Source of the DNA: Methanolinea sp.
GTDB lineage: Archaea; Halobacteriota; Methanomicrobia; Methanomicrobiales; Methanospirillaceae
Assembly: GCA_029907345.1 (NCBI GenBank)
Contig: JARYMB010000005.1
Coordinates: 5,485-69,484, forward strand
Length of the DNA: 64,000 bases
Direction: 5' to 3'
The position numbers and the translations under genes are program-made. The notes beneath the pieces were generated by a model. The model was given only the letters and a program-made list of their open reading frames with translations. It was not told the origin of the DNA and made no database searches. Shown here piece after piece: positions 1 to 8,978 of this stretch; position 1 is the first letter of the stretch, and each line of letters starts with the position of its first letter.

Positions 1-1
1 A

Positions 2-1951
2 GGTACCGGTTTCCGTGATATCGAGTTCGTTGCCACAAGGAAGGACGGGACGGCCTGGTTTGCCTCCTGTTCCATGGAACCGCTCCCTGACGAAAGCGGG
101 ACCCTTTGCGGCTTCCTTGCCCAGGTAATGGATGTGACGTCCCGCAAGGAGGCAGAAGAAGCCCTCCGCCAGAGCGAAGAGAGGCTCCGGAAACTCGTGG
201 AAACCATCAATGACGTGGTCTTCTCACTCGACCCGGACGGGAGGATTACGTACGTGAGTCCTGCCGTCACAAAAATTCTCGGGTACCTCCCCGGGGAACT
301 CGAGGGACGCCTTTTTACTGAATTCCTCCCCGCAATGAACGCCGAACCCGTCTTCCAGCTCTACTCCGGGCTCAAAGACAGGGAGACCCCCGCATCCCCT
401 CACAGGGAACTCCAGGTGGTGACACAATCGGGAGAGGAACGATGGTGCCGCGTCTCCCTTATCCCCGTCTGGACCGATGGGGAATTTTCCGGCTGTTCAG
501 GGACGCTGACGGATATTCACGAGCAGTGGACTGCCCGGGAAGAACTAAAAGAACGTGAAGCCCTCCTGCGGGGAATCCTGCGGGCGACTCCTGCTGGAAT
601 TGGTGTGATAAGGGACCGTGTCTTCGTATTTGTCAATAAGCAGATCTGCCGGATGACAGGTTATTCCCGCGAAGAACTCGTGGGGAAGAGTTCACGTCTC
701 TTTTATCCCTCGGACGAGGAACACCAGCGCGTCCTGACCGGATATACATTGAGAGAAGGAGAGCATGACGTTGCATCAGTGGAGAGCACATGGATCAGGA
801 AGGACGGGTCCCTCATCGACGTCTCCATCAGCGTTTCGCCCCTTGAAAAAGGGGACTGGTCAGGACCCCTCATATTTACGGTTTCCGACATAACAGAACA
901 GAAGACCCAGAAAAATGCACTCCTTGAGAGTGAACTCTCCCTGCGTACTTTCATCAACGCGATCCCCGGGCCGTCCTTCCTCCTCGGGAAGGGAGGTGAG
1001 ATCATCACCGCGAACGATGCTTTTTGGAAGTGCTACGGTGGGGGGAAAGCCCATCCTCCCGGTACAACAGTTTATTCCCTCATGGACCGGGAAACGGGAG
1101 AAATCATCCGGGACCACGTGGAGGATGCACTCGGGCTGGGCAGAATATCCCGCTTCGAGATGATGCACGATTCCCGTTCGCTGATCTTTGACGCTTCCCC
1201 TGTCCGCGACAATCAGGGGAGGTTCTCCAGGGTGGCGGTCTTCTCTGTCGATATTACAGACCAGAAAAGGGCACAGGAGATGCTTGCGTTATACAACAGG
1301 AAGCTCTCCCTGCTTGGCCGGGTCACCCGGCACGACGCGGGGAACCTGCTTGCAGCCGTGAAAAGTTACCATGACCAGGTGAAGAAACAGACGGATGACC
1401 CCCTCATCCTCACGTACATCCGCAAGGGGGAGCGGAACCTGCAGGCCCTCGAAAACGTGCTCGCATTCGCAGAAGACTACCAGGCCGTCGGAATGCGTGC
1501 ACCGGCCTGGCAGGACGTAAACGCTGTCATCCGGAAGGTTGCAGGGATGCATGACCTTAAAAACGTTACCATCCTCCTGGACTGCGACGACCTGGTGGTC
1601 CATGCTGACCCGCTGCTTGAAAAGGTCTTTTCGGCCCTCATCCAGAATGCAATTCAGCACGGCAGAAAGACGACACGGGTCTCCTTCTCATATCGGAAAA
1701 ATGACAGCGGGATTGTGCTGGTCTGCGAGGACGATGGTATCGGGATCGCCCCTGAAAAAAAGGAAGAAATCTTCGAGATGGGAGTCGGGGAAAATACCGG
1801 TTTTGGCCTCTTCCTTGTCCGCGAGATCCTCTCGATGACAGGATTTTCTATCAGGGAGACCGGGGAGCCGGGGCATGGGGCGCGGTTCGAGATCGCGATT
1901 CCGGCGGGTTCATTCCAGGTTGGTACAAAAGACCTGCAGACCGTGCCATAG
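2..1951 (+). CDS. Multi-PAS sensor histidine kinase (5' end cut by window edge)
   Basis: The frame is open from nt 2 (GTGFRDIEFVATRKDGTAWF...) into the listed 74..1951 ORF. It has repeated PAS/PAC-like modules, then C-terminal HATPase-like motifs (QNAIQHG, EDDGIGI, GFGLFLV). Confidence 0.85.
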   Translation, partial: GTGFRDIEFVATRKDGTAWFASCSMEPLPDESGTLCGFLAQVMDVTSRKEAEEALRQSEERLRKLVETINDVVFSLDPDGRITYVSPAVTKILGYLPGELEGRLFTEFLPAMNAEPVFQLYSGLKDRETPASPHRELQVVTQSGEERWCRVSLIPVWTDGEFSGCSGTLTDIHEQWTAREELKEREALLRGILRATPAGIGVIRDRVFVFVNKQICRMTGYSREELVGKSSRLFYPSDEEHQRVLTGYTLREGEHDVASVESTWIRKDGSLIDVSISVSPLEKGDWSGPLIFTVSDITEQKTQKNALLESELSLRTFINAIPGPSFLLGKGGEIITANDAFWKCYGGGKAHPPGTTVYSLMDRETGEIIRDHVEDALGLGRISRFEMMHDSRSLIFDASPVRDNQGRFSRVAVFSVDITDQKRAQEMLALYNRKLSLLGRVTRHDAGNLLAAVKSYHDQVKKQTDDPLILTYIRKGERNLQALENVLAFAEDYQAVGMRAPAWQDVNAVIRKVAGMHDLKNVTILLDCDDLVVHADPLLEKVFSALIQNAIQHGRKTTRVSFSYRKNDSGIVLVCEDDGIGIAPEKKEEIFEMGVGENTGFGLFLVREILSMTGFSIRETGEPGHGARFEIAIPAGSFQVGTKDLQTVP

Positions 1952-2075
1952 TCCCAAAACTCATGCCTGGTGGGAAAAGGGCAGATTGAATTCCACGGAC
2001 ATATGTGGAAAAAGTGCAGATCCAGCCTTTCCGGCCGGCCTTATTCGGGGTTTCGACGTGGGAAAAAAGAAACGT

Positions 2076-2231
2076 TCAGACTTCTTCCACGTCTTCTGAC
2101 TGGCAGGACGGGCACACCGGGTGCTTTCCCACACCCCTGAACTTCTCCCCGCATTCCCTGCACCGGTAATTCTTCCCCTTGACCCTGTCAGGGGGAACCT
2201 CAAGGTCGACCGGGCCTCCGACTGTGCACAT
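2076..2231 (-). CDS. Small 4-Cys zinc-ribbon protein, 51 aa (below the ORF-track size cutoff)
   Basis: Hand translation gives MCTVGGPVDLEVPPDRVKGKNYRCRECGEKFRGVGKHPVCPSCQSEDVEEV, with two CxxC pairs. GAGGTGATC (matches the anti-SD of 16S) lies 6 nt upstream of the ATG. A TATA-like CCTTATATCA lies about 40 nt upstream on the minus strand. Confidence 0.55.
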   Translation of the reverse strand: MCTVGGPVDLEVPPDRVKGKNYRCRECGEKFRGVGKHPVCPSCQSEDVEEV

Positions 2232-2793
2232 GAACTGATCACCTCACTAACAGGAATGGAAAGAACATGATATAAGGTTATCCCCGGGAGGATCCGCTCA
2301 TTTTCGTGGTTTCTTCCTGCTGGCAGAGACCCCGGTTCACCGGGGCCATGCGTTCCGGGAGATGGCGTTCCGGTAGGCCATGCGGGCCTGCATCATGATT
2401 CGGGCAAGTTCCGGTCTTTTTTTCGACTTTTCGAGGAGTCGTGCAGTATACGGCGGGTGCATCTCCCCATCACCTGGAGTTGTGCTGCAGTTACGAAAAG
2501 ATAAGGGTATGGTGTTCTTGGTGGGGACATGAGGGGAGGGTTTTAAAAACCTCTCGACTTTCCCGTCATGGAGCAAGGAGCTGGACCATCGGGACCGCGG
2601 CAAACGTCATGATTGCCAGCACTATTTTTATGGTGTCTCTCATTCTTTGGCACCTCGGCAGAATGGTGGATGGAACTCGCATTTAAATTTGATGGATACC
2701 TGCGGTTCAATGAAGGGGGCATGGGACCAGTCTTTCCTGCACCGCACCAGAGGAAAAAGTCACACGAGGGATTGCCCGGCGTGAACGGGATGA

Positions 2794-4005
2794 TCACTCC
2801 CCGCGACGCTTTTCGCCCGCGAGGGCATGGATGAGTGCGCCCACAGCCCCGCGTTCAAGCCGGATCGCCCCCTGTTCGCACATCTCATGGCAACAGTAGC
2901 ACCGGATGCATTGCCGGCGATCGATGCGTGCCCTGCCGTGAACGAGGTTTGCCGCATGGGACGGGCATGCAACTGTGCACTTCCCGCACCCGGAGCACCG
3001 CGATGCATCCACGACCGGGCGGAGCTGGCAGACTTTTCCAAGGCGGTGGACGATGCGGAAGGCAAGGGGAATGGAGAACCCGGACTTTCCTGCCGCATAG
3101 GTCCCCGGCATCCTGAACTCTTCCCTGCTCAACGTGGAGACCGGGTCTCCCCTGATATCGATGCCGCTGCCATCCAGGGCAATGAGGCCACGGGCGGAAG
3201 CCCGTGCAAGGTAGGGAACGAGGGCGGGATCGATGCCCATGAGCCTGCAGAGGACGATATCGGCTGCAAGGGCACTCGGGCTGGCAACAATGGCACCCAG
3301 GGGACGGGGCGATCCTGACATCGGACCGTCCCCTTCCATGGCCACGATGGCGTCCACGATGTGAAGGGCCGGCTGGACCGCGAGGAGGAGGTCGAGAAGC
3401 ATGTCGGAAAAAATGGCAGGGTCCGGGAAGCGGGAGTGGAAGAGGGGTTTTTCCAGTCCGGGAAGGAGCCCGAAGAGGTTTTTTGTCGCTCCCGTCATCA
3501 GGGTCAGGACATGCGTCTTTGCCTTTGAGACGCTCACGATGCTGTCCGCTTGAAAATACGGGTATATGAGGGGAAAACGGGTGCAGACCGACCCGCCGGG
3601 AAAGGTCATCTCCCGGTAACTGCAGTCATGGTTCAGGATGCAGCCCGTTTCTTCCGGGAGGTATGCATACCCGCAAACCCTGTAGAGACGTTCCATGTTC
3701 CTTTCCGTGTACCGCGTTCCCCCTCCGGGACTGTCGGCAACAGTGACGGCACAGCCCTGGGACGCGAGGGAGCGGACGACTTCGCCGGTCACCGCCGGGT
3801 GCGTGCACACGGCCCGCTCCGGTGGGACTGCCTGGAGGAGGTTTGGCTTGACGAGAACACGTGAGCCGGGAGGAACAAGCGCCGGGAGACCTCCCGCAAG
3901 GTCGAAAGCGCGTCTGAGTGCACATGCGACGTTTTTGGGCATGTAATCGGGGCATGCAACGACGGCAACAGGAATTCCCTTTCCTGCCGGCCAATGCTCA
4001 TTCAT
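2794..4005 (-). CDS. DUF362-type protein with C-terminal 2x[4Fe-4S] ferredoxin domain
   Basis: 403-aa ORF. The N-terminal and central region resembles DUF362 (VKPNLL...). The C-terminus has CSGCGKCTVACP and CIRCYCCHEMCE cluster motifs. Confidence 0.8.
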   Translation of the reverse strand: MNEHWPAGKGIPVAVVACPDYMPKNVACALRRAFDLAGGLPALVPPGSRVLVKPNLLQAVPPERAVCTHPAVTGEVVRSLASQGCAVTVADSPGGGTRYTERNMERLYRVCGYAYLPEETGCILNHDCSYREMTFPGGSVCTRFPLIYPYFQADSIVSVSKAKTHVLTLMTGATKNLFGLLPGLEKPLFHSRFPDPAIFSDMLLDLLLAVQPALHIVDAIVAMEGDGPMSGSPRPLGAIVASPSALAADIVLCRLMGIDPALVPYLARASARGLIALDGSGIDIRGDPVSTLSREEFRMPGTYAAGKSGFSIPLAFRIVHRLGKVCQLRPVVDASRCSGCGKCTVACPSHAANLVHGRARIDRRQCIRCYCCHEMCEQGAIRLERGAVGALIHALAGEKRRGE

Positions 4006-4047
4006 GCTGCCTCCCGGACCATCCTTTCCCGGAGGGGGACCATGCAG

Positions 4048-5886
4048 TCAGGCACTACCGTTTCCGGCACCACCCTTCTCTCCCCCAAGCCGGGTCTCCA
4101 GGTCCAGGATATCATTCAGGAGTTCGCGCATATCCCTGTACCGTTCGGACGGGTCACGGGCAAGGCACCTGAGGATGACGCGATCCAGGGGCTCAAGCCC
4201 CGGGATGCGGGCCGAGGGCGGGACCACGTGCCCTTCAAGGCGCTCCCTCGTTGCTTCCGCAATGCTTTCCGCCGAAAAAGGCTGTGTGCCGCATACCAGC
4301 CAGTACCAGATGATACCGAGCTGGTAGATGTCGGTCTGCTGCGTGGTAAGACCGAACCTGGCAGGGTCGAGCTGTTCGGGAGCCGCATGCGAGAGCGAGA
4401 AACCGTGGAGTGTCGTCTGGAAGGTTCCCTTCTCGTCCCTGGCAAGCCCCCAGTCGGCGATCCGGGGTTCACCCCCGGAAGAGACGAGGATATTTTCGGG
4501 CTTTAAGTCCCGGTGGATAACACCACGATCATGTGCATACAGGAGTGCCTCCCCGATTTTCCGGATTATCGATAACGACTCGCCGGGACTGACGGGGACG
4601 GTCGTGTCCGCCAGGCTGCGGGGAAGGTATTCCATCTCGACGAAGGGTACAGGGAGGATGTTTGCCGAAAAGATACGGACTATCCCGGGGTGGACAAGGC
4701 TCTCCCAGACCTTCATCTCCCTGAGGAATGATTTCCCGGTCTGATCATCGGTCCTGATCGGGACCTTGACGGCGACCGCAACGCCATCGGACCTCCTGTA
4801 TGCAGAAAAGACATGGGCAATTCCACCCTGGTGGATGAAACGTGCCCCGTAATACCGGCTTGCAAGCGCCGCGGGAAAGTCGGGTCCGGGCCGGGGGGAA
4901 TTTTCATCCTCGAAAAGGAGGGTATCGGGAATCGGCGCACTCCCGGCAGGAACCCCAACCCCCGGTCCCCCTTCCCACGCCTGTATCGCTGCAAGAACGA
5001 GGGCTGACAGGAAAGGTACTGTCCCAAGAGGGTTTGGAGCTGCATTACCCTGCAGGAAGGCAATCCCGGGCACGAGGAGAGTGCCTGCCAGTGCGACCGC
5101 CGCATGGACCGTCCCCACTCCCCTCGGGACACTGCCCCAAAGGGAGAAGTATGCCATCCCCAGAGATGATAGCGCTGCAAAACCGGCAAGTGCTGCACAC
5201 GAAAGGAGAAGAAGCGGATTGGGTGTCTCCCGGACGGCATCGAGGAAAAGGAGGGCGAGTCCCAGAGCCATCATCACGAACACGGCAGCAAGAACTGCAT
5301 GGGATCCGGCAAGGAGTCGGGAATGGGGTTTCCACCATGCGCCGGGCAGCATGCCCCGGCGACGGGTGCTGGTGTGCACCAGGTAAATGTAGCCCGTGCA
5401 GGCAGAGAGGTAAAGGCCGGCCAGGACACCCATACCGGACCACGACTCCGTCCCCCCGGGTGGCTGCGTCCCTCCGGGGGGCATCGTGGTTTCCTGCGCG
5501 AGCGGTGTTGCCGCTTGTGCGGGTGTCGTTGCCACCGGCGTCGGCGGCAGGGACGTGGCCGGGGCGGTCGGAGGCAGGGTCGATGGCGGAGTGACGGTCT
5601 GCTGCCCTGGCCGGGGACGTGTCGGTATTGCAGTCTTTCCCGGGGCAGTCACGGTCGGAAAGGGCGTGATCTGCGGCATGGTCATGGTCGGGCGGAGGAT
5701 ATCCCGCGCATTTTCCGTCCCCTGCTTGAGAGATGCAAAAAGACTCTCCTGTATTGATTTATTCGTAAAGGATTGTGAAAATTTGACCTCCTGGTTGTCC
5801 TGTGCGTGGCATGCTGCAACGGACACCAGTACCAGTGCAAGAAAAATGGCAGTAACTCTCTGGAACGACAAGATGCCCTCACTCAT
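4048..5886 (-). CDS. Membrane Ser/Thr protein kinase (Hanks-type) with the kinase domain at the C-terminus
   Basis: The order is signal/TM segment, Pro/Thr-rich linker, several hydrophobic helices, then kinase motifs VAVKVP, HRDLKPENILV, DWGLAR, APEQ and DIYQLG. Confidence 0.85.
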   Translation of the reverse strand: MSEGILSFQRVTAIFLALVLVSVAACHAQDNQEVKFSQSFTNKSIQESLFASLKQGTENARDILRPTMTMPQITPFPTVTAPGKTAIPTRPRPGQQTVTPPSTLPPTAPATSLPPTPVATTPAQAATPLAQETTMPPGGTQPPGGTESWSGMGVLAGLYLSACTGYIYLVHTSTRRRGMLPGAWWKPHSRLLAGSHAVLAAVFVMMALGLALLFLDAVRETPNPLLLLSCAALAGFAALSSLGMAYFSLWGSVPRGVGTVHAAVALAGTLLVPGIAFLQGNAAPNPLGTVPFLSALVLAAIQAWEGGPGVGVPAGSAPIPDTLLFEDENSPRPGPDFPAALASRYYGARFIHQGGIAHVFSAYRRSDGVAVAVKVPIRTDDQTGKSFLREMKVWESLVHPGIVRIFSANILPVPFVEMEYLPRSLADTTVPVSPGESLSIIRKIGEALLYAHDRGVIHRDLKPENILVSSGGEPRIADWGLARDEKGTFQTTLHGFSLSHAAPEQLDPARFGLTTQQTDIYQLGIIWYWLVCGTQPFSAESIAEATRERLEGHVVPPSARIPGLEPLDRVILRCLARDPSERYRDMRELLNDILDLETRLGGEKGGAGNGSA

Positions 5887-6676
5887 GGGGACGTTCTCCC
5901 TCCGTATCGCTTTCGAGGACGAGGAGTGTGACCGGAAAGTCTCCCTGGGAGAGCATGATCCTGTCGCCGTCCTTCAAAGGTGTCCGGACGTTCGGAATGA
6001 TCTTCCGGCCGTTGATGAAGGTCCCACCCCTGCTCCCGGCATCCTCGATTGTGCATCCGCCTCCCTCTGTCCGGACAATCGCATGGGGCTTTTCAAGGCG
6101 CGTGACAGACCGGTACGATGGAGGAAACGCGATGCGTGTTATACCCCCTTCTCCCGATATTCCTCCTTCCCTTCCCCTTCCCAGTTCAGTCCCCGGGCCC
6201 GGAAGGGGAATGGTTTTCCCGTCCCATTCACCGCCGATGACAAGAAGCATCCACCTCTCCGTTCCAAGCGCCTTTTCGACCTGACGCCTGACACCTTCTA
6301 TCCTCTGCTGAAGGGAATCCGGTGCCCGGTTACCCTGTACAGAGGCAAGGACGCCAAGGTCTTCCTGGATCCGCTGGAGGATGCCGGGAACGGGGAGGTA
6401 ATTCCAGGCGGGATGGATACCCCGGGAGGTCTCCCTGCCAAGCCCCGGAACCCGTGTCACAAGTCCGGCACCGAGGAGTTTTTCCAGGTGTTTCTTGGTG
6501 TTCTCGTAAGAGATACCGGTCCTTCCCGACAGTGTCCGGGCATCCATGGCCTCCTTCTCGAGGAGCCTGAGGATGCGAAGGCGGGTGCTGTTGCCAAGGA
6601 CTTCCAGGTACTCTGACAGCTCACCGATGAATTCGCTGTCATCCGCCGAGAGGATGGTGCCGTCACTCCTTTTCAC
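5879..6676 (-). CDS. ArsR-like winged-helix plus FHA domain protein
   Basis: The N-terminus has LGNSTRLRILRLLEKEAMDARTLSGRTGISYENTKKHLEKLL (ArsR-type HTH). The C-terminus has an FHA signature (GRGRE...RLEKPHAIV...GSRGGTFINGRKI...DGDRIML). Its stop overlaps the kinase start by 8 nt. Confidence 0.8.
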   Translation of the reverse strand: MKRSDGTILSADDSEFIGELSEYLEVLGNSTRLRILRLLEKEAMDARTLSGRTGISYENTKKHLEKLLGAGLVTRVPGLGRETSRGIHPAWNYLPVPGILQRIQEDLGVLASVQGNRAPDSLQQRIEGVRRQVEKALGTERWMLLVIGGEWDGKTIPLPGPGTELGRGREGGISGEGGITRIAFPPSYRSVTRLEKPHAIVRTEGGGCTIEDAGSRGGTFINGRKIIPNVRTPLKDGDRIMLSQGDFPVTLLVLESDTEGERPHE

Positions 6677-6802
6677 GCCGCACTCACCACCGGGACCCGC
6701 CAGAAGTGCATGAAAGACATTTCGCGGCAGTGATTAAAGAGAATGCCTGTTGTTATCCAGGAGGAGTGGGGCCCGCGGGGCCAATCTCCTCTTTGTTCCC
6801 AT

Positions 6803-7273
6803 TCATTTTCTGCCGGCTGGATGAAACGAGAGAGCAAGCCCGTTGATGCAGTACCGGGTCCCTTCGGGGGGCGGGCCGTCGGGAAAGACATGCCCGAGGT
6901 GTGCACCGCACCGGGCACAGAGCACCTCGATCCTCTCCCATCCAAGGGATGTGTCCTTCTCCATGTGCACGTTACAGGAGTCGACAGGGGTCCTGAAGCT
7001 GGGCCATCCTGTCCCCGAATCGAATTTCATCCCGCTCAGAAAGAGGTCGGTTCCGCAGCACGCGCAGCGGTAGATCCCCTCTCCAGTGCAGCGATAAAGG
7101 GGCGAGGAAAAAGGGGGTTCTGTTCCCCTTCCACGCGTCACATCGTACACTTCCGGGGCAAGGAGGGCCCGCCATTCATCAGAGGACCTGCATATCCGGC
7201 TTTTGGGGACCCGCGTCCCCGTGGCTGCGTCATATACGATGATGACGTTATCGCAGGTATCTTCTGAAAGCAT
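6803..7273 (-). CDS. msrB: Peptide-methionine (R)-S-oxide reductase MsrB
   Basis: Motifs GTEPPFSSPLY, CACCGTDLF, GWPSF, CARCGAHLGHVFPDGP. Confidence 0.9.
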   Translation of the reverse strand: MLSEDTCDNVIIVYDAATGTRVPKSRICRSSDEWRALLAPEVYDVTRGRGTEPPFSSPLYRCTGEGIYRCACCGTDLFLSGMKFDSGTGWPSFRTPVDSCNVHMEKDTSLGWERIEVLCARCGAHLGHVFPDGPPPEGTRYCINGLALSFHPAGRK

Positions 7274-7293
7274 GAAAAAGGGGGAGATGGAAA

Positions 7294-8178
7294 TCAGAGC
7301 ATCTTTCTGCCTGCAAGACCGAGCGCGATTCCAAGGCCGGAAACGATGAGAACGGCGGATACAGGTGACCGGCCGGAAGGTACGGAGGTGGTCGCGGGAA
7401 CGAGGGACGCACTCACCGTAGCAGTTGCTCCTCCCGTGACATCGACAGAGGAGACATACTCCTGGTATCCCTCACCTGCCAGGGATACCGAGTGGCTCCC
7501 CGCCGGAAGGTCACGTATCATGAGGGGAGTGACACCCCTGTACTGTCCATCAACTCTGACAGCAACACCCGGGGGCACGGATTCAACAGAAATTGCCCCC
7601 ATCTGGATGGGAGTCAGCGTGACAGGGAATTTCACAACTTCGTTCCTGGGGACATACAAGGAGCCGTAATATGTCTCATAGCCCTCCTTTCCGATAACCA
7701 GGGAATGGGAACCGGGTAATACATTGTAGAGGACGAAGATCCCCGATGAGGGGACTTTTCCGGCCGGACTGCCGTCCCAGGTCACTTCTGCATCCGCGGG
7801 TGTGACCATGAGATGGACTGTCCCGTATTCGACAACGGCCTTTGCGCTCATCACAACATAGATGTGAATAACCTGTCCCTTCTTCGGAATGGAATTGATA
7901 ATTCCCGAGTAGGACTCGTATCCCTCCTTCATGAGGGTATAATTCCGATAAAACGGGCCGGATACGCCGACGGGCACATCGAGGATATAGTCCTGGATAG
8001 AACCGATCGGCTGGCCATCAAGGTACACTTCGGCACCATCAACGTTGCAATGAAAGCGATATATCCCCTGGTCTTTCGATGTCTCCGTGGCAGAATCGGC
8101 TGATGCAGGTGTTATCAGGGCAACGACCGCACAGAGAATGAGATACTTCAGGACTGATTTTTCCATACACTCCACCAA
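7294..8178 (-). CDS. Secreted PEGA-domain protein with C-terminal TM anchor
   Basis: Has an N-terminal signal peptide. Repeated PEGA-like units are present (KEGYESY, KEGYETY, GEGYQEY, each preceded by an A/V-x-V-x-x-DG pattern). The tail is hydrophobic (VLIVSGLGIALGLAGRK). Confidence 0.8.
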   Translation of the reverse strand: MVECMEKSVLKYLILCAVVALITPASADSATETSKDQGIYRFHCNVDGAEVYLDGQPIGSIQDYILDVPVGVSGPFYRNYTLMKEGYESYSGIINSIPKKGQVIHIYVVMSAKAVVEYGTVHLMVTPADAEVTWDGSPAGKVPSSGIFVLYNVLPGSHSLVIGKEGYETYYGSLYVPRNEVVKFPVTLTPIQMGAISVESVPPGVAVRVDGQYRGVTPLMIRDLPAGSHSVSLAGEGYQEYVSSVDVTGGATATVSASLVPATTSVPSGRSPVSAVLIVSGLGIALGLAGRKML

Positions 8179-8428
8179 TCAGCTATATAGAATGGGGGGA
8201 AGTATCCCTATTTAAATCTATCAGTTCGCCGGTTCCCCCAATCTTTCCCTGTTTCGTGCCAGAGAGCACTTTTTCAGTTCATTTGGCGATTGAAAGTGGC
8301 CGGCAGCCGTTCCCGCATGCTCACCCACGGAGGGGGAATTGATGCATATTTCCATAAGGAATGTTTATTTTACGGATTCTCACAGATACTCCTGATCCGG
8401 AATGGGAGAAGGCCACGAAGAGGGCGGA

Positions 8429-8560
8429 ATGGAGCAGGGGGGGATGATGCCAGCCTTCTGCGTCTGCCCGATGTGCGGTTACCGCATTCGGAGGCACGCA
8501 ACAGTGCCCTGTTACACCATGTCCTGCCCGCGGTGCGAGACGCAGATGGTCCCCGGTTGA
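8429..8560 (+). CDS. Small zinc-finger protein candidate, 43 aa (below the ORF-track cutoff)
   Basis: Hand translation gives MEQGGMMPAFCVCPMCGYRIRRHATVPCYTMSCPRCETQMVPG, with CPMC...CPRC pairs. Third codon positions are almost all G/C, as in neighbouring genes. An alternative ATG lies at 8444. Confidence 0.4.
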   Translation: MEQGGMMPAFCVCPMCGYRIRRHATVPCYTMSCPRCETQMVPG

Positions 8561-8681
8561 GAGGCAGCCTGCAGCACATAATCTGCCGGATGAGGAGGCT
8601 GGAGAAATGGACGATGCCAGGATAGCCGGGAATGTCCCCAATACTGCATGAACTGCGGTCACCCCGGACGGAAAAGGAGTA

Positions 8682-8754
8682 GGCCAGGGCCGAGACTCGA
8701 ACCCGGGTCGGGGGATCCACAGTCCCCTAGGATAACCAACTACCCCACCCTGGC
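8682..8754 (-). tRNA. tRNA-His (GUG)
   Basis: Reverse complement is GCCAGGGTGGGGTAGTTGGTTATCCTAGGGGACTGTGGATCCCCCGACCCGGGTTCGAGTCTCGGCCCTGGCC. Acceptor GCCAGGG/CCCTGGC, anticodon stem GGGGA/TCCCC with loop CTGTGGA, T-loop TTCGAGT. Confidence 0.85.
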
Positions 8755-8978
8755 AGGATGTACCCTTCATTTTTGAACCCCTGCACACTTTAAGATATCC
8801 TTGGACCGCATGGAGAGGCGCCCCGCTGTATATATAATTCATGCTGTTCCATTACATTGCACGGTACGAGTCATTGGGAGGACGGTCCAGAAAAAGGAAT
8901 TTACCCTTTCCCAAACTCCCTCCCCAATCACCAGATTAAAGGGCTTTCCATCCCCTCGTGCACCCCGGAGGAAGAGAA

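Noticed and set aside
2243-2793. About 550 nt with only weak ORFs (2337..2603 minus, 2441..2686 plus, 2543..2797 minus, 2613..2834 plus)
   Set aside because: The translations have poor composition or overlap one another. Only the last 41 codons of 2337..2603 (MHPPYTARLLEKSKKRPELARIMMQARMAYRNAISRNAWPR) look coding-like, which is not enough to call a gene.
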